Assembly (NCBI GenBank): GCA_964016885.1
Contig: OZ024742.1
Span: forward strand, 253,642,001-253,706,000
Origin: Eledone cirrhosa
Taxonomy: Eukaryota
Length of the DNA: 64,000 nucleotides
Reading direction: 5' to 3'
Part shown: piece after piece, positions 24,345 to 36,988 of the stretch
Position numbering within the stretch: position 1 is the stretch's first letter
Layout of the letters: each line of letters starts with the position of its first letter
Notes under the pieces: model-generated
Databases searched by the model: none
What the model saw: only the letters and a program-made list of their open reading frames with translations
Told to the model about the DNA's origin: nothing
Made by a program: the position numbers and the translations under genes

Positions 24345-27273
24345 TAAGGCTTACAGGGACCGGATTAGCACTTTAGTTAAGGAGCGGTTGATGGGCGCCA
24401 TCGTCAACAGCAGGTGGTGGGGATCTCTCAAAAGAGAGATTAGAGTAGTCTCTATAGAATTTAGTAAGGAGTTAGCCTCAAATAGAAATAGGAAGGAAAG
24501 GGAGTTGGTAGACAGTGTAGAAGAGGCAATTAGAAGCGGCGGCGTGGCCAGAGTGCTAGCGTCGAGAACGGCCCTGGGCCAGTTCTTCGACGCGAAACAC
24601 GAAGGCTGCATCGTCCGAAGCAAAATACGTGCTCTGGGAAACGAGGCGACCAAAGCTGTTAGCTGGGCCCGCGTGACAGAAGCCAAAAGAGGGAGTAGAT
24701 CCACTATCCGGTCTTTGCGAGACCAGGATGGACGGGTGATCCTTGAACCTAACCAGATGTGGAAGGCTTTTCAAAAGCACTTTGCCAGATTGTTCGGAAG
24801 GGGCGGGGAGCCGGTTAGGGAAGTGGACTTCGGTCCATACCTCAACGGCCTGCCGCATCTCTCGGACAGGGAGGCGAAGTCCTGCGAGGAGCCGATTTCA
24901 GCCGCTGAGATAGAGGACGTGCTGAGCCAATGCGGCAAACGCAAATCCCCGGGTCTCAATGGTCTTCCATACGAACTATATTTAGCTATGCCGGCCTTGT
25001 TCCCCGATCTCCTCGAGGCGGTCTACTGCAACTGGCAACAGAACGGGATAATTCCCTGCGCTGTGACCAAGGGCGTAGTCACGCTAGTGAGGAAGGACGA
25101 GAACAAGGGGGACGATATAAATAATTTCAGGCCCATAATTCTGCTAAATACAGAGTTACAGATTTTGGCCAAGGTGCTAGCAAAGAGGTTGGCGCTTGTC
25201 GTGGGCAACCTGGTGGGAGATGCGCAGACATGTGCTATACCGTCCAGGTCCATCCACGACAACCTCCACCTTATGCGATACATCATAGAGAGGGCTGGGA
25301 ACGAACCCCGCTTTGGTGGGGCCCTGATCAACTTGGATCAATCTAAGGCGTTCGATAGGGTCGACCATGGTTACCTGGATGCGGTGCTAGCGGCGGCAGG
25401 CTTCGGACCCGTTTTTAGGGGCTGGATCAATGCCGCATCTGCTCTAGGGTCAAGGTGAACGGCTACCTGTCGGAGCCGTTCGAAATCGCGCGGTCCATCC
25501 GACAAGGGTGCCCTCTCTCCTCCCTTCTGTATGTAGTGACACTAGAGCTACTACTGCGGAAGTTGGAGTTGTTGCAGGGCATCCCGTTAGAACCGGGATT
25601 GCGGAAAGCAGTGTTGGCCTACGCCGATGATATAACAGTAATGGTGTCGACGTCCTCGGAAATCGGGGTGATCGGCACCTTACTGGAGGAGTACGAAAGG
25701 TTTACAGGGGCTAAGCTCAACCGGGACAGGTCGATCGGTCTGCAACTCGGCACGTGGAGGGGCAAATCGATGCCCTCCGATGGCGGTGTCGGGCGCTGGA
25801 CGGAGGGCCCGGTGAAGTTGCTCGGGGTCTGGTTCGGACCAGACCTCCAGGTGGAGAAGAACTGGGGTGAGGTAACTAACAGGGTGTTTGCACTGACCCA
25901 GAAGTGGGCCGAGTGCAAACTGTCCCTGAAAGGTCGGGCGGAGGTGGTGAACACTTATATAGTGTCAGTCATCTACTACCGCCTGACCGTCGTGCCTTGC
26001 CCAAGAGAAACGCTCACCAAAATGGAGCACGCATTCTTCCAATTCCTTTGGAAGAAGCGGGCTCCTATGGTGAGGCGATCCATCTGCTGTCAACACCCTT
26101 CGAAAGGAGGGCTGGGGATGCCGTGGCTGATGATGCGTAAACACGCATTTAGGCTATGGCACCTCCAGGTATTCCTCACCGGTCAACCGGTGTGGGCACC
26201 GTTTGTGAGGCGAGCCTTTCCCAGACTCATCTCGCTCACTGAGCTGCAATCCTGGGTCAAGCAAAGACCGAGAAAACTGGGCTCCTGGCACACCGAGTAT
26301 GCCCAGGCACTCACGGCTCTCTGGCAAGCGGACCCGGCTGTCAGTGGAGAATCCATCTCGTCATTCTATAGAGGGCTGGTGGTTAGCAGGTGCGACGATG
26401 CCCTGGGAGAAGCCCTAGGCATGGAGGAAAACAAACTGGCCAACCTGTTCGGTAGGACATTCAGCCCGGGACCTATGGATAACTTCCAGAGGTCCCTGGC
26501 CTGGCAGTGCTACCGTGGGGCTCTGCCCATTTGAGAAAGGCTCTACAGACACGGACACCCGGGTAGGGACCCCTCGAAAAAGATCTGTCCCAGATGCGTG
26601 TGTGACGAGGAAACCATTGCACACACATTGGTACACTGCTCGGGCATTGCCGATCTGTGGGGCTATGTCGAATGACTGCTGTCACGGGTGGGACCGATCC
26701 GGTTGACCACTGAGTCTATTGTAACGATCAAGCCGCCTCTTCTCTTCAAAAACGAAGGAGAGGCGGTGTTTCTGTGCGTAGTAGCCATGGCGAAAGAGGT
26801 TGTATGGTGGACGCGTCTGGAAAGGACTGAGGTCAGACACCTTTCTCTCTGGCCAACAACTGGTCCGTTTCTTCCGATATCATTTCGGAAGAAGGATCAG
26901 GATGGAGAGAGAAGTGCTGCACCCCAGCCGTTTCTATGAAAGATGGGTGAAAGTGGCGAGAATGGCCTGTGTGAATGGGCCTTCACTCTACATCATACTG
27001 TAGGTGAGAAAGATGAAAGATCATGGGAGCACCCTCTCTCTGTGCTCCTGAGGAGAAGGGTTGCACACTTTTTTCGGGGGTGTGTGCGACCCCCCCAAGG
27101 CGCCTCCTCCCTATTGAGGATTTTGTTTTTCAATTTATTTTTGTTATATTTTATATTTTATATTTTTATATTTTGTTATTGCCTCCTCCTTAGTGAGGAT
27201 GCCTTTTTATGTAAACTCCCCCCCATTGTACTTGTCCCACTCTTTGATGCCCTGGTGGCAAATAAAAAGAAAG
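24345..27273 (+). mobile_element. L1/Tx1-type LINE, 5'-truncated, within (ATCT)n
   Basis: KSPGLNGLPYE, NFRPIILLNT, LDQSKAFDRVDH, SIRQGCPLS, YADD, CPRC..EETIAH; frameshift near 25455; 3' AATAAAAAGAAAG. Confidence 0.92.
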
Positions 27274-27301
27274 TTATCTATCCATCTATATATCTCTCTG
27301 C

Positions 27302-27377
<76 letters not shown>

Positions 27378-27490
27378 AAAGGTTAGGTGGAAATATCCAA
27401 GCCACCCTTGCAAGCAGGGAAAAAGCAGACGTAAAATGGTGATGATGATGATGATGAAGAGAACTCAGTCCATAGGACGAGTTTGGTATA

Positions 27491-27750
27491 AATAATTACC
27501 ACAGTGACATAAAGAGGTACTCAAATTTCGCTAGGTTCTGGAATCCAACTCATTCAGCCTATCATAATAAAGATAAAAATAAAGATGGCTGCCTAGGGTT
27601 GATTGTGGTTTCCTGTTAGGAATATATCATAAGAGTTTAAACAAAGACAACAGCCATCTTTATTTTATTTTTCTTATGACAGGCTAAATGAGTTGGGTTC
27701 CAAAACCCAATGAAAGCTGAGTACCTGTTTATGTCACTGTTGTAATTATT
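27491..27750. repeat. Fold-back inverted repeat with a degenerate hammerhead-like motif in each arm
   Basis: Arms 27491-27591 and 27651-27750; right arm ACAGG-CTAAATGA-GTTGGG..CCCAAT-GAAA-GCTGAG-TA-CCTGT; left arm (-) core CTGAATGA. Confidence 0.7.
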
Positions 27751-27918
27751 CATTTACACAGACACACACACACGTATATACAGTTTATTCAATAATTGCT
27801 GTAACTTCGTGAGTTACTGGAGTTACTAAGGCAAAGTGTATAAATTAAGTATAACAAGATGAAGTTTACTCACACACACATATATGTATATACACACACA
27901 CACATATATATATATACA

Positions 27919-28115
27919 AGAAAAGAGTCAGGACCCCAACAGCTGAGCTCTGGCCGTTTTGACAGCTAGATCCGAACAGTTTGAATCTAGCTATCAAAAC
28001 GGCTGGAGCTCAGCCGTCAGGGTTGTGACTTTTTTCTATTACCCACTCTACTACCCTAAGTATTTAGTACTCTGGTGCGTTATGGTCCACCTGGTATCTT
28101 ACCACACCTTCTTTG
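27919..28115 (+). repeat. Short element with fold-back of a hammerhead-like 3' half; same family as 46780-46932
   Basis: Hairpin 27919-28037, then TTACCCACTCTACTAC...GGTCCACCTGG shared with 46780-46860 (-). Confidence 0.7.
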
Positions 28116-28155
28116 TTTTATATATATATATATATTTAATAAAATAACAGATTAA

Positions 28156-28206
28156 AGTTTAAGCAAAGAATCGCTGCTTTCACCCTTAAGGGGATCTTCT
28201 GAAACT
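28156..28206 (-). ncRNA. Hammerhead-like motif, U4A core variant
   Basis: AGTTT-CAGAAGA-TCCC cttaa GGGT-GAAA-GCAG cgattct TTGC-TT-AAACT; second copy at 56174-56224. Confidence 0.55.
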
Positions 28207-28238
28207 CAAGTTTTATATATATATATATATAATATATA

Positions 28239-30685
28239 CAGGATGTCCCTAAAAATGTACACAAACTTCAGTTAAGGCCAAGAGACAGGCATGGAAAGAA
28301 TGGAAGAATGGGGGAAGCAGGGTACATTACATAGAGACCAAGAGGGAAGCTAGGCGACAAGTATACTTAGCTAGGAGGGAAGCAGAGGATAGAAAATTCA
28401 AGCATGTTTTGCAATGTGAGGACCAGAAACAGGAGGTCTTCAAGATTGTGAGACAGTGTGTCAGAGAGAATTGTGATGTCATTGGAGAGAAGTGTATCCG
28501 GAATGATAAAGGTGAGCTTGCCCTCACAGGTGCTGAGAAGAAAGATGCATGGAAGAGCCATTATGATAGATTACTAAATGAGGAGAATGCATGGGAAGAA
28601 GAGACCCTACTCCTAGTAGACCCTATAGAGGGGCCAGCAGTACAAGTCAGCAGCAGTGTAGTAAGTAAGGCAATCAAAGATATGAAGATGGGGAAGGCAA
28701 CCGGTCCATCGGGTATAGCTGCCGAGATGCTGAAGGCATCTGGGTCTGTAGGTCACACTATAACCACACGTATTGTTAACCAGGTAATACTAGAAGGTGT
28801 CATACCAAAAGATTGGTGCAGTAGCATCATTGTCAACTGCTACAAAGGTAAAGGTGATGCACTAGATAGAGGAAACTATAGAGGTATAAAGCTGATGGAC
28901 CAGGTCATGAAAGTAACAGAAAGAGTTATAGCACAGTTGATTAGGGACTGGGTGAAACTAGATGAGATGCAATTTGGGTTTGTACCAGGAAGAGGCACCA
29001 CTGATGCCCTCTTCCTTGTGAGGTAGTTACAGGAAAAGTACCTAGCTAAAAGTAAGCCACTCTACCTGGCATTCGTCGATCTCGAGAAAGCCTTTGACAG
29101 AGTTCCACATGCTGTAATCTGGTGGGCTCTTAGAAAACTAGGAGTAGATGAATGGCTTGTGAAAGCTGTACAAGCCATGTATAGGGGAGCAGCCAGCAAA
29201 GTTAGGATTAGCAATGAGTATAGTGAGGAATTTAGCATACAGGTTGGGATCCACCAGGGCTCTGTTCTTAGCCCTCTCCTGTTCATCCTAGTCTTGCAGG
29301 CAATAACGGAGGAGTTTAAGACCGGATGCCCATGGGAACTCCTATATGCTGATGACCTCGCACTTATAGCTGAATCTATGGTAGAGCTAGAGAAGAAATT
29401 CCAAACTTGAAAGCAGGGACTAGAAAGAAAGGGTCTCAAAATCAACATGACAAAGACTAAGGTCCTTGTAAGTAGACGAGAAAACAGAACTCAGATCCGC
29501 TCAGGGAAATGGCCTTGCTCAGTAGGTAGGAAAGGTGTAGGTAGGAACTCCATTCTCTGCCCCAAATGCAAACAATGGGTACACAAGAGATGTAGCGGGA
29601 TCTCAGGAAGCTTAATTAAGAATGTAGGCTTCACATGCAGCAGCTGTACTGGGACAGCAAGCAGGAAACAGCCACAGGAAACAAGTACCACCAATCTCTG
29701 GGCGGGCTCTATAGAGACAGTAGACAGCTTCTGCTACCTAGGTGACCAAATTAGCAGTGGAGGTGGGTGTTCAGAAAGTACAATAACTAGGGTAAGAACA
29801 GGATGGAAGAAGTTCAGGGAACTACTGCCACTGCTAGCTGCAAAAGGCTTCTCCCTCAAAATGAAAGGCACACTGCGTGTATCCGAACAGCAATGTTACA
29901 TGGTAGTGACACCTGGGCGCTGAAGGTGGAAGACTTACGTAGATTAGAAAGAAATGAAGCCTGCATGCTCCGATGGATGTGTAATAGTAATATATGCGAA
30001 CAGCAAAGCATAAATGAATTGAGAGAGAGACTGAGCATAAGAGGAATCAAATGCTGTGTGCAGGAGAGGCGGTTGCGTTGGTATGGACATGTGATGCGTA
30101 TGATGGATGACAGCTGCATAAAAAGGTGCAGAGCACTAGAAGTCAATGGAAACCGCGGAGTGGGGAGACCCAAGAAGACCTGGGATGAGGTGATAAAAGC
30201 CGACCTTACCCAATTACACCTCTCAAAGTCGATGACACATGACCATGACCTCTGGCATTACGCAGTAATACAGAGTACCTGACCTCCCATGGGTACAAGC
30301 TGTAGCATATAGACAATATGCCCCCACACCCTCCCACTGCAAAGTAGTCGTGGAGGTGCTACGGTGAAAAACAACCCAGCCCACACTGTAAAGTAGACGT
30401 GTAGGTGCCACGGACAAAAAAGCACCCAGCACTCACTGTAAATTAGATTGGTGTTAGGAAGTGCATCCAGCTGTAGAAATCAAGCCAAAATCAGTTCCTG
30501 TATGAGCAAGGCATGGTCAGCCAACCAGACACTGCCCACAACAAGATAACCCGTCTAACCCATGCTAGCATGGAAGAACGGACGTAAAACGGTGATGATG
30601 ATGATGATGAAACTTCAATAGTATTCTAATAAATATTGTCTGTGCAGGTAATCAAAGTGTGTATACATTTTTGGGGGACACCTTG
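28239..30685. mobile_element. Tc1/mariner-type MITE (~100 bp) interrupted by an RTE
   Basis: TIRs CAGGATGTCCCTAAAAATGTACACAAACTT and AAGTGTGTATACATTTTTGGGGGACACCTTG, TA on both sides. Confidence 0.7.
28271..30609 (+). mobile_element. RTE-clade LINE, 5'-truncated, with stops/frameshift and 8-bp TSD AAACTTCA
   Basis: Colinear with ~1700-4040; TSD at 28263-28270 and 30610-30617. Confidence 0.95.
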
Positions 30686-31459
30686 TATGTGTGTGTGTGT
30701 AAGTGTGCGTGTCTGTGTGTATGTGTATTTGTGTGTTTGTGTGTGTGTGCGAGTAAGTCATATAAACAGAATTACAATTAAATCGCAAAAGCTTTGAAGA
30801 ATCAATTTCCTGTGTGGGTGTACTAATGAACACCCACCTACTGAAATAACAAAGAAACATCCACACAGCCCAACATATAATAATAATAATTGTTTCTACT
30901 ATTGGCACAAGGCCAGCAAGTACCCAGTACATTACTGGTACTTTATTTTATCGACATAATGCTTCTACTTTTGGCACAAGGCCACCAATTACCCCAGTGC
31001 ATTACTGGTACTTTATTTTATTGATCCCATAAGGATGAAAGGCAAAGTTAACTTCAGGAGGATTTGAACTCAGAATGCAAAGGGCCATAATGATAGAGCA
31101 TATCCAGTTGATAATAAGGTATGTGATAAAGAGGGAACAAAATCCATAGATTCAACAGGCTAGCTTGGGAGAGGAAGCAGTGGTAGTAATATCAATAACA
31201 GAAAGAGTGTTAGGAACAGTAAGTTAACCTCGGCGGGATTTGAACTCAGACTGTAAAGGGACGTAACTAGAAAGCATGGCATCCAACCCTCTACCGATAC
31301 TGCTAATTCACAGCCCTTAATAAAGTAATAATATATTAATAACAACAGAACTTTCCAGTAGTGGAGGGCATCACCTAGAGGTAATTAAAGACCATCTCCA
31401 CTTATCTGAGATCACTCCAATCATCAAGATCACAATATGCAAATGGCACTCTCTCCTTT

Positions 31460-31870
31460 AGTCTTTCCAGCCTATAGGCACATATTTAGAATAAACCCAT
31501 TCATCTGGGCATTTCTCACTACATTCACACACCTTTTAACAAATATACTGAGGCGAAGCACTTCCCACTCTCTCCTAATCTTCCTTTTTGAGTGGAACTT
31601 GAAAACATTAATGTTGGTATGAAATGTATCTGCCTTCACTTTTTTCAGCGTCATCCATCACACAACCTCTAGCTACCAAACAGGAAAACTACTTGTCCTT
31701 CCTAGCCAAAAGAAGGTGGCAGGGTGATCTACACTCTGCATGGCTCTGATCAATTTGGATCAATCGAAAGCTTTTGATGGAGTCAGCAATCACTAATTGG
31801 AGCTTGTCATAGTAACAAGTTTTGGTCCCATCTTCAGAGGCTGGATTGCTTCAATGCACAGTAGCATCTG
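31460..31870. mobile_element. Degraded Tx1-type fragments in both orientations
   Basis: (-) FKFHSKRKIRRE.EVL..FVKRCVNV; (+) ALINLDQSKAFD..FGPIFRGWI. Confidence 0.6.
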
Positions 31871-34420
31871 CTAACTAGAAGTGGGTGGGTTGTCACTAAT
31901 GATCTCTCAAGTAAACTCTATAGAGTATATTGGGTGCAATTTTTCACCAGTATTAGGGAGGTCAAGTCTTTGACACAACCGAAAAGTCCTCATGACCCTT
32001 TCTTTAGCACGTTTTCTTAGGTTGGTTGCCTTTTTTTTTATCACCAACCAATTTACACTGTACTGGTTATGTTTTATCATGGCACCAGTACTGGAGAAGT
32101 TGTCATGCCTCTGACAAGTCTTATTAACCCTTTGTTTGGCAAATTTTCTATAGTTGTATGTCCTTCCTATCACCAACCATTTTACAGGGTGTACTTAATT
32201 GTGGCATCAGTACTCGAAAAGTTGTCATGTCCTTGCCATATCAGAAGGTTGCTGGTTGTTTATGTTTTATATGTACGGATGAATTTGCTGTTGTGTTGTT
32301 CTAAAGCCTGTCATACTAACATGCTGAAGTAGCTGTGTCAATAACTAATGTTTGTTTAACTCTTAAGATTGCATTTCTAAGAGCACTCTCTTGAAAATCC
32401 TTTAGATCAGGAGAACATTCTAAGGGTTAACCATTAGTTGTGTTTTTTTATTATCTCATTCCACCAGTTTCTTTGCAACATGTTCATCAGTTCCCTTCCC
32501 CATGTAACGAAGCCATACAAAATTTGACCCACCACCCTACTAAATCAAACAAAGAAACACCACTTCTTTCAGGAACATAACTTTAATTAGAATACCAATT
32601 TAGTTGTTTTTATCATTAATTTCTCCAGCTTCCAAATTTTATTTATTTATTTATTTATTTTTCGTTTATAGCAGGTTATAGCTTTTACTTTACAGTGATT
32701 TGTTTTTGTAAAATTGCAAAACCTTTCTATAAAGTACAAATAACAAAATTTGGAACAAAAATTTGCACCTTCCTGTATAAAATTAAAAAAAATCGATGTT
32801 CAATGACAAAGCAACAGGAACAAGTCATTTTACCTGTTAAACGTTTACCAGAGCAGTGCTAACATTTTACAATGGTGGTGCTCTTGCATAGCCACAGCCC
32901 ATCAACTGGAACATGTAATAGGGTAAAAATAATAAGAATAGTTATCAAATTTATGAGAAAGGAACCTGAGAGGTCTAAGGGTTACTGTGTGTTTTAAGCA
33001 ACATTACAAATTGATAGTCAACAAAAGACTACTGCTTCAGACTTAATCCGGTTTGGGACTGTACAATTATTGTGAAAGATTTGCCCATGTTAATATAGCA
33101 CTTGGATGTTATATTACTAGGTGGCAATTCAAAATGTGGCAAGAATTGGAGAAATTTGGGATTGAAGGAGAGGAATGTGACCTGGGTCTCTGAAAATCAC
33201 TGGTTTAAGGGCTTTCTCATTTGTTGGAATTGTGAGTTAGATTGTGAGTTAGATCAAGATGAACAACCCCAAATCAACACAATCAGAGTCAATATCAAGA
33301 AAAAGGAAGAAATTATATGTTGTGTGTCAAAGAGAAGGAGTAGGGTAGAGAAGGTGAATTAAGGTGAAAGAAGTGGTAAAGAAATAAAGGTAAAGGAAAG
33401 ATAAGGGGCAGAGGGGGAGATATAGAGAGAAGGTGAAAGAGGGGGACAGACGAGTAGATAGTGGGAAGAAGGGAACAAAGAGAAAGAGATTGAATGAAAA
33501 TATCAAAATGCAGAATAAAAGGCAAGGAAAAAAAACCACTCCACACCACCCCCAAAACGAAAAACGAAATAAAGGCATCATCATCATTATCATTATCATC
33601 ATTTAACATCAATGTTCACTGCTAGCATGGTTTGGATAGGTTACTGACTTGTCAGATGGGTTGGGGAGGGTTGAGGTGTAGGTGGAGGGGCACACATCTC
33701 TCTTACATAAATTCCTGCACTCAACAGTTTCAATTGGTCTTTCTGAAACTAACATTTAAGCACAACTTCTAGCAAAAGAAAGGAACTGATCATCAGATCA
33801 GACCAAGGAAACAATGTCTCCATTGATCTTTCCATTGCTGGTACTAACTGTTGATTTCAACTTCTGCCAGAAGTAAGAAACTGATCAGGAGATTGAACCA
33901 AGGAAACAATGTTTCCATTGGTCTTTCTTATGCTGATATTATCTGTTGGTCACAACTTCCAGTGGGAGAAGGAATATGAAATAAAGTAATATGCTCAAGA
34001 ACACAACATGCTACCCAGTCCAGGAATTGAACCCACACCTTTTGATTGTAAGTCTAATACACTAACCACTAGGCCATGTGCTTTCACAAAATACATCATT
34101 ATTGACCATAAGATGAGCTCTAAGCAATGAAATTGCTGGTTGTAATCATCTGAATATGTACTCAGTTCAATCCTTTTATTGAGACATAATTAGAATTATC
34201 CCATAAAATGGTAGAGAACATGTAATAATTATTAATGGAACTATTCCATAAATTATATATGAAATACATTTAAAGCATTTAAAGCCTTCTTATAAGGAAT
34301 TGAAATAATCCATTTTAAAAGGGAATGTAGTAAAATTAGTTAACCTAAATACTGTCAAAATAAATCCATTTATTCATCTGATATTTCTTGATCTTGTTGG
34401 TAATGTTATATAGGTTCACT

Positions 34421-34625
34421 TGGTGTATGGCCTAGGAGTTAGGGTGTAGGACTGTTGACCATAGTGAAGGGGTGTGGTGTGGCCTAGTGGTTAGGGTGTC
34501 AGACTATTGACCTTAGTCAAGGTGTGTGGTGTGGTCTAGGGTGTTGAACTGTTGACAATATTGATGGTATGTGGCTTAGTGGTTAAGGTGTTGGAGTGTT
34601 GACCATTGTGAAGGTGTGTGGTGTG
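34421..34625 (+). repeat. Four degenerate tandem ~50-bp copies of a tRNA-like SINE 5' half
   Basis: GGTGTGGCCTAGTGGTTAGGGTGT..GACT.TTGACC.TAGT.AAGG repeated. Confidence 0.65.
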
Positions 34626-34936
34626 CATGATTTAGTGTGAAACCATTCTGCTGGTTTGAGAGCTGAAGATGTGTGTGTGTAAACTTGTCTTGTACATTGC
34701 CTTTTCTTTATTTCCTTATTCCAGTCACTTCTGTGAGCACTTCATCTGTCTGTCCTGCACCTTGTAGATTGTCTCTCTGTTGACCACTGGACCCTGATCT
34801 CTGTTCTCTGAGGCATTTTTGCCCATCGGTCTCTTTGAAAGCATTTAGCAGTTTTAACGGCTGTTCTAGTGATGAGTTTTCTCATTTTTATATCTACTCA
34901 AATACAGTCTCGCTTCATCTCAATCAGAGATAACAT

Positions 34937-34967
<31 letters not shown>

Positions 34968-35331
34968 CATACACATGCTTAACCAGAATGCTGTGGTTAA
35001 GAATTTAGTGAAAGTGTTATGGTTCATCTGGCATATGTTTTATTTTCACGCTGCTAGAACTCCTTCTTCTTCTTCATCATCTGCTGCTTTATCTTCTTCT
35101 TCGTTTTCATCTCCTCCCCCTCCTCCTACTATTCCTTCTCTTCCTCGTCTCTCTTCATTTTGGTGTGTCTCATCTATATCATGTTATATGTGCCTGTATC
35201 CTCTTCAAAAATATATGTGTGTATCATCAACATCTGTTTGAAATTCCAGTCAACAACTTTGTTTGCAATCAAATATAACCAAGCATACATACTGTGCTAG
35301 GTTTACTGTATTTCATTCTCTCTCTCTCTCA

Positions 35332-35508
<177 letters not shown>

Positions 35509-35704
35509 ATATAGTGACTTTCACCTTTAAAACAAACTAGAGACATGTGATTAATGTACCGTTTACTACTTTCATAGACCGAAGATAAATAGCTTTTTTT
35601 TTTTTTCTTTTCTTTTATTACTTCCTCTTATTTGGTTCTTAAATTTGTTTGTTTTCTTTAGTTTGTGTATCATTGGTTTACTTCATTGTTATACTCAGGC
35701 TTTG

Positions 35705-35740
<36 letters not shown>

Positions 35741-35762
35741 TCACATACACACACACATACAT

Positions 35763-35820
<58 letters not shown>

Positions 35821-35834
35821 GTACATATATGTGT

Positions 35835-35928
<94 letters not shown>

Positions 35929-36298
35929 TACATATATGTATGTATATACGTATATACATATATGTATATATATATATATAATATAAATATATATCCGTTT
36001 CTATTTATTTATTAGTTTCTTGTTTCTGAATAACACAATGGTTTGGTGTGCTTATTTGAAACAAACTTTGTTGATCAGTGAATGAGATGATATGTAGGTT
36101 GTAAATTGCTACAAAACTTTGACTTTGTTAAGTAGATTCAAGTATATTACCACCAAAAACATATCAACCATTTTGTGTTTTACTGTGAAATGAAGCAATA
36201 TTAAGCTTTTTCTTTCAGTGTGCATTAAAATAATGACTTCATTTCATTGATATATGTAAAGATATGGAAGTACACATTTAGTGAATGTGGAAGACTTT

Positions 36299-36988
36299 AG
36301 TGAAGGTGGAAGACTTACGCAGAATAGAAAGAAACGAAGCCTGCATGCTCCGATGGATGTGTAATAGTAATATACGCGAAAGACAAAGCATAAATGAATT
36401 GAGAGAGAGACTGAGCATAAGAGGAATCAAATGCTGTGTGCAGGAGAGGCGGTTGCGTTGGTATTGACATGTGATGCATATGAAGGATGACAGCTGCATA
36501 CAAAGGTGCAGAGCACTAGAAGTCAATGGAAACCGCGGAGTGGGAGACCCAAGAAAACCTGGGATGAGGTGATAAAAGCCGACCGTACCCAATTACACCT
36601 CTCAAAGGCGATGAAACACGACCGTGACCTCTGGCGTCACACAGTAATACAGAGTACCCGACCTCCCATGGGTTCAAGCTGAAGCATATAGACAATATGC
36701 CCCCACACCCTCCCACTGCAAGGTGGTCGCGGAGGTGCCACGGTGAAAAAGCACCCAGCCCACACTGTAAAGTGGACGTGTAGGCGCCACGGAAAAAGCA
36801 CCCAGCACTCACTGTAAATGAGGTTGGTGTTAGGAAGGGCATCCAGCTGTAGAAATCAAGCCAAAATCAGTTCCTGTATGAACAAGGCATGGTCAGCCGA
36901 CCAGACACTGCCCACAACAGGACAACCCGTCTAACCCATGCTAGCGTGGAAGAACGGACGTAAAACGGTGATGATGATGATGATGATG
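36299..36988 (+). mobile_element. RTE 3' fragment (same subfamily as 1597-4040)
   Basis: KVEDLRRIERNEACMLRWMC plus the same 3' UTR and (GAT)n tail. Confidence 0.92.
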
